The position numbers and the translations under genes are program-made. From positions 1 to 61,035 of the forward strand of contig JAGVPM010000123.1 of the NCBI GenBank assembly GCA_020052235.1: DNA of 61,035 nucleotides. The letters run 5' to 3'. This document shows positions 58,961 through 61,035 of the stretch, one piece after another. Source of the stretch: Candidatus Goldiibacteriota bacterium (GTDB taxonomy: Bacteria; Oederibacteriota; JAAXVQ01). The stretch's first letter is position 1. Each line of letters opens with the position of its first letter. The notes under the pieces are model-generated. The model ran no database searches. It had not been told where the DNA came from and was given only the letters and a program-made list of their open reading frames with translations.

Positions 58961-59362
58961 TTAGTCTTGGGCTTTTAAGATGGCGTAAATGATTTTCAGG
59001 CGTCCTTCGCGTTCGTTGAATTTTATGGCCATGCGTTCCAAAATTTGGTGGATTAAATTCCGGCCGGAAAACTCTCCCGGTTCCAGGCGCCGGAAAAGCA
59101 TGGTCTCCGGTGTGGTGGCGGGATTTTGGCTTGCCAACAATTGATCCGCAACCAGCTTGCCGAGGTTAACATTCACTTCATGCAAATGATATCCCGTGCG
59201 GTTCACGATTTCGGCGGCAGTCACCACATTGATTTGATACCGGTAGAAAAGCATCAGCAATTCCATTTTAATAAATCCTATGGAAAAATGCCGGATAAAT
59301 TCGAGTAATATGTATTCCCGGTCGAACGAATCCACCGGTATGTTTTGGTTGAAGTTGATCAT
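58961..59362 (-). CDS. Hypothetical protein with a winged-helix-like segment
   Basis: VTAAEIVNRTGYHLHEVNVNLGKLVADQLL resembles a MarR/ArsR-type recognition helix region. Start moved to the ATG at 59362, because a TTGACA-N18-TAAAAT promoter (59408-59437) overlaps the track TTG start at 59407. Confidence 0.45.
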   Translation of the reverse strand: MINFNQNIPVDSFDREYILLEFIRHFSIGFIKMELLMLFYRYQINVVTAAEIVNRTGYHLHEVNVNLGKLVADQLLASQNPATTPETMLFRRLEPGEFSGRNLIHQILERMAIKFNEREGRLKIIYAILKAQD

Positions 59363-59540
59363 GGGACCATCCTGCCGTGGTTCTTTCAACTTAAAGTAAT
59401 GGGGCAAATTTTAACCTCCAACCCGGGGGCTTGTCAACGACGGAATGACCAACGCCCCTGATAATGCACAAGCACGCGCCTTAAACCATTGGACAGTACG
59501 CAACTGGATTTTATTACAGGAAACCGGTATATTCTTTTGC

Positions 59541-59568
59541 GTAGAGACGCAAAATTTTGCGTCTCTAC
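59541..59568. repeat. REP-like perfect palindrome with GTAG...CTAC termini
   Basis: GTAGAGACGCAAAATTTTGCGTCTCTAC, with the same stems as 42069-42096. Confidence 0.8.
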
Positions 59569-59590
59569 CATTTAAATTTAATTCACAACA

Positions 59591-60892
59591 TTAAAATTGA
59601 GTTTTAAATATCACGTTCAACAGGTCGTCATCCTGGTAGTGCAGGGTCAACCCGGCTTTATAAAACGGAGTGCGCAGCACATCTTCCGCTCCGGCCGTCA
59701 ATTCCAGAATATCGATCAACACCACTCCGGTGCGCACATCCACTTGCGCCGGGTTTAATTCCACGCGGTATGTATCCAGCATGACTTTAAATTTGTCGTC
59801 CCATAACCGCATGTCCAGGCCTGCGATAAAATACTCGCTTTTGGTCAAACCGCCGCGAATGAACAACGGGCTTTGAAAAATCCGCCAGGCCAACTGGCCG
59901 TTGAAGGTGGTTTTGTCCTTCTCATTGCCGTATAGGCCGCTGACCTTTTCAATTCCCACTTGATAATAGCGCTGCCGATTGGGCCAAATAACCAAATCCG
60001 CATGCCCTGAGGACACTGCCTGGTTAAGGTATTTGCTCAAGCCGAAATTCAAATCAAAGCGAACCAGATCCATTTTTTCCTGAATTTCACCTACGCGTTT
60101 TACCACCCGGGAGGCGGTTTTAACGGTTTGATCCACGGCTTCCTTGGTTTCCGGCGATAAAATTTTATTTTCCGCATTTTTCAAATCATTCACCACGGCG
60201 CGAATGTCTTTTACCGCAGCCACCATTTCATCGTACAGTGCCGGATTGCGCATAAGCTCGCCGGCGGTCCCTTCACCGCTATTGACAGCTTGGACCATGA
60301 CTCTTAATTCCTTAACCGTTTGCTGCAGCTCGCGGTACAAGGCCGGATCTTTGACCAACAACCCTAAACTGCCTTGGCCGTTGGCAATGTCCTGGGATAC
60401 CCGGTTCAAATTGGCCAGCAGCTCCTTGGCCGAGGCCATCATGGCCGTAAATTCTTCCTTGGTCTTTTCCGGCGGCACGCCGGTGATCACCGTGCCGTTC
60501 TCCACCTGCGGAGCGTTCTTGGAGCCTGGGATCAGGTCAATATACATGTCCCCCAAAAGCCCCATGCCCTGAATCATGGCTTTGGAATCGGTTTTTAAAT
60601 ACCCTTGGATTTTTTTCTCCACCTCGATCACAACCTTAAGGCGGGGGGGATCGCTCTCGGGTACAAAATCCACATGCTTCACGGAGCCCACTTCCACGCC
60701 TGAAAACCAAACCGGGGAAGAAGCGCGAAGTCCGGACACTTCGGGAAAATAAGCCACCAATTTGATTTTGGAGGAAAACGGATTAACTCCCTTGGTGGGA
60801 AAAATCAAGGCCAACAGCGTTACTGAAAGCGCCACGGCCAAAAGTGTTCCGACCTTCATTTGCATGGCGGGATAATTACGGCTGCTTTTCAC
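59591..60892 (-). CDS. MCE/MlaD-domain protein with a long helical region and a beta-rich C-terminal domain ending in Phe
   Basis: N-terminal TM helix. MCE domain is LVAYFPEVSGLRASSPVWFSGVEVGSVKHVDF. A central helical repeat region follows. The C-terminal roughly 150 aa shows an alternating hydrophobic pattern ending ...LLNVIFKTQF. Confidence 0.75.
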   Translation of the reverse strand: MKSSRNYPAMQMKVGTLLAVALSVTLLALIFPTKGVNPFSSKIKLVAYFPEVSGLRASSPVWFSGVEVGSVKHVDFVPESDPPRLKVVIEVEKKIQGYLKTDSKAMIQGMGLLGDMYIDLIPGSKNAPQVENGTVITGVPPEKTKEEFTAMMASAKELLANLNRVSQDIANGQGSLGLLVKDPALYRELQQTVKELRVMVQAVNSGEGTAGELMRNPALYDEMVAAVKDIRAVVNDLKNAENKILSPETKEAVDQTVKTASRVVKRVGEIQEKMDLVRFDLNFGLSKYLNQAVSSGHADLVIWPNRQRYYQVGIEKVSGLYGNEKDKTTFNGQLAWRIFQSPLFIRGGLTKSEYFIAGLDMRLWDDKFKVMLDTYRVELNPAQVDVRTGVVLIDILELTAGAEDVLRTPFYKAGLTLHYQDDDLLNVIFKTQF

Positions 60893-60976
60893 TGCTTGGT
60901 CTCCTTATTTATAAACTCCCCCCTCCCCCTCTTTTATGAGACTGTGTCACAACGTCCGTCCACAGCCTCTAATCAC

Positions 60977-61021
60977 ATTCCCCTCCCCAGGGTTGGTGGG
61001 AGGGGATGTAGGGGAGGGGGT
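60977..61021 (+). repeat. C/G-tract REP-like element, copy 2 (inverted relative to 54-99)
   Basis: ATTCCCCTCCCCAGGGTTGGTGGGAGGGGATGTAGGGGAGGGGGT is the reverse complement of 54-99, apart from one indel and two substitutions. Confidence 0.7.
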
Positions 61022-61035
61022 TCGAAATTATATAA

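Noticed and set aside
54-61021. Window-flanking inverted repeats as the ends of a 61-kb mobile element
   Set aside because: The repeat is a short self-complementary REP-type sequence, with further partial copies inside the window. No integrase, transposase or tRNA target is present, and the content is core flagellar genes.
1-61035. CRISPR arrays, rRNA and tRNA genes
   Set aside because: All repeats found are dispersed single or paired copies, not regularly spaced arrays. No stretch resembles rRNA or a tRNA cloverleaf in the intergenic regions I inspected by eye. A tRNAscan/Infernal run would be needed to be certain.

Overview
This 61-kb window looks like an uncultivated diderm bacterium. L- and P-ring genes, an OmpA-type MotB, an MCE protein and a FadL/PorV-like outer-membrane barrel are all present.

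About two thirds of it (15.7-57.3 kb, almost all on the minus strand) is a near-complete flagellar regulon:
- Operon 1: orf150-flgBC-fliEFG-(fliH-fliI fusion)-fliJK-flgDE-flbD-motAB.
- Operon 2: fliLMNOPQR-flhBA.
- Regulatory block: sigma54 response regulator, small membrane protein, fliA, orf104 and a PilZ protein.
- Late genes: fliDS, two tandem flagellins, fliW-csrA, and flgF-G-A-H-I-J-flgM-flgN-flgK-L.
- Signalling: two soluble GAF histidine kinases, two HDOD proteins, and a frameshifted fapA.

Three operon heads carry near-consensus -24/-12 (sigma54) promoters. Each is preceded by the same inverted repeat, TTCCATA-N15-TATGGAA, which I interpret as the enhancer of the encoded NtrC-class activator. 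One flagellin gene also has a -24/-12 element. Both flagellin leaders carry a conserved GGA-loop hairpin plus a GGAGGA Shine-Dalgarno, consistent with CsrA/FliW control.

Unusual points in the flagellar cluster:
- fliH and fliI form one continuous ORF.
- FliM lacks the N-terminal CheY-docking peptide.
- There is no flhF/flhG.
- FlgJ has no hydrolase domain.

The left third (0-15.7 kb) is accessory-like:
- MoxR-DUF58.
- yefM-yoeB with a palindromic operator.
- An NlpC/P60 lipoprotein.
- A visibly AT-richer island: a GT-C gene fragment abutting an IS256-type transposase remnant, a DUF2298 'YYY' membrane protein, an ArnT/PMT-like GT-C with TPR, a 929-aa double beta-propeller protein with a T9SS-type C-terminal domain, and an outer-membrane barrel.
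- A roughly 0.94-kb two-gene cassette bracketed by 88-bp direct repeats.

Several dispersed repeat families are present: GTAG...CTAC REP-like palindromes, an 87-89-bp MITE-like element, CACCGCAGAG-type elements and C/G-tract elements. I found no rRNA, tRNA or CRISPR array.

All calls come from reading the sequence and ORF translations by eye. No database search was run. Several gene starts were moved from the longest-ORF start on the basis of RBS or promoter positions.
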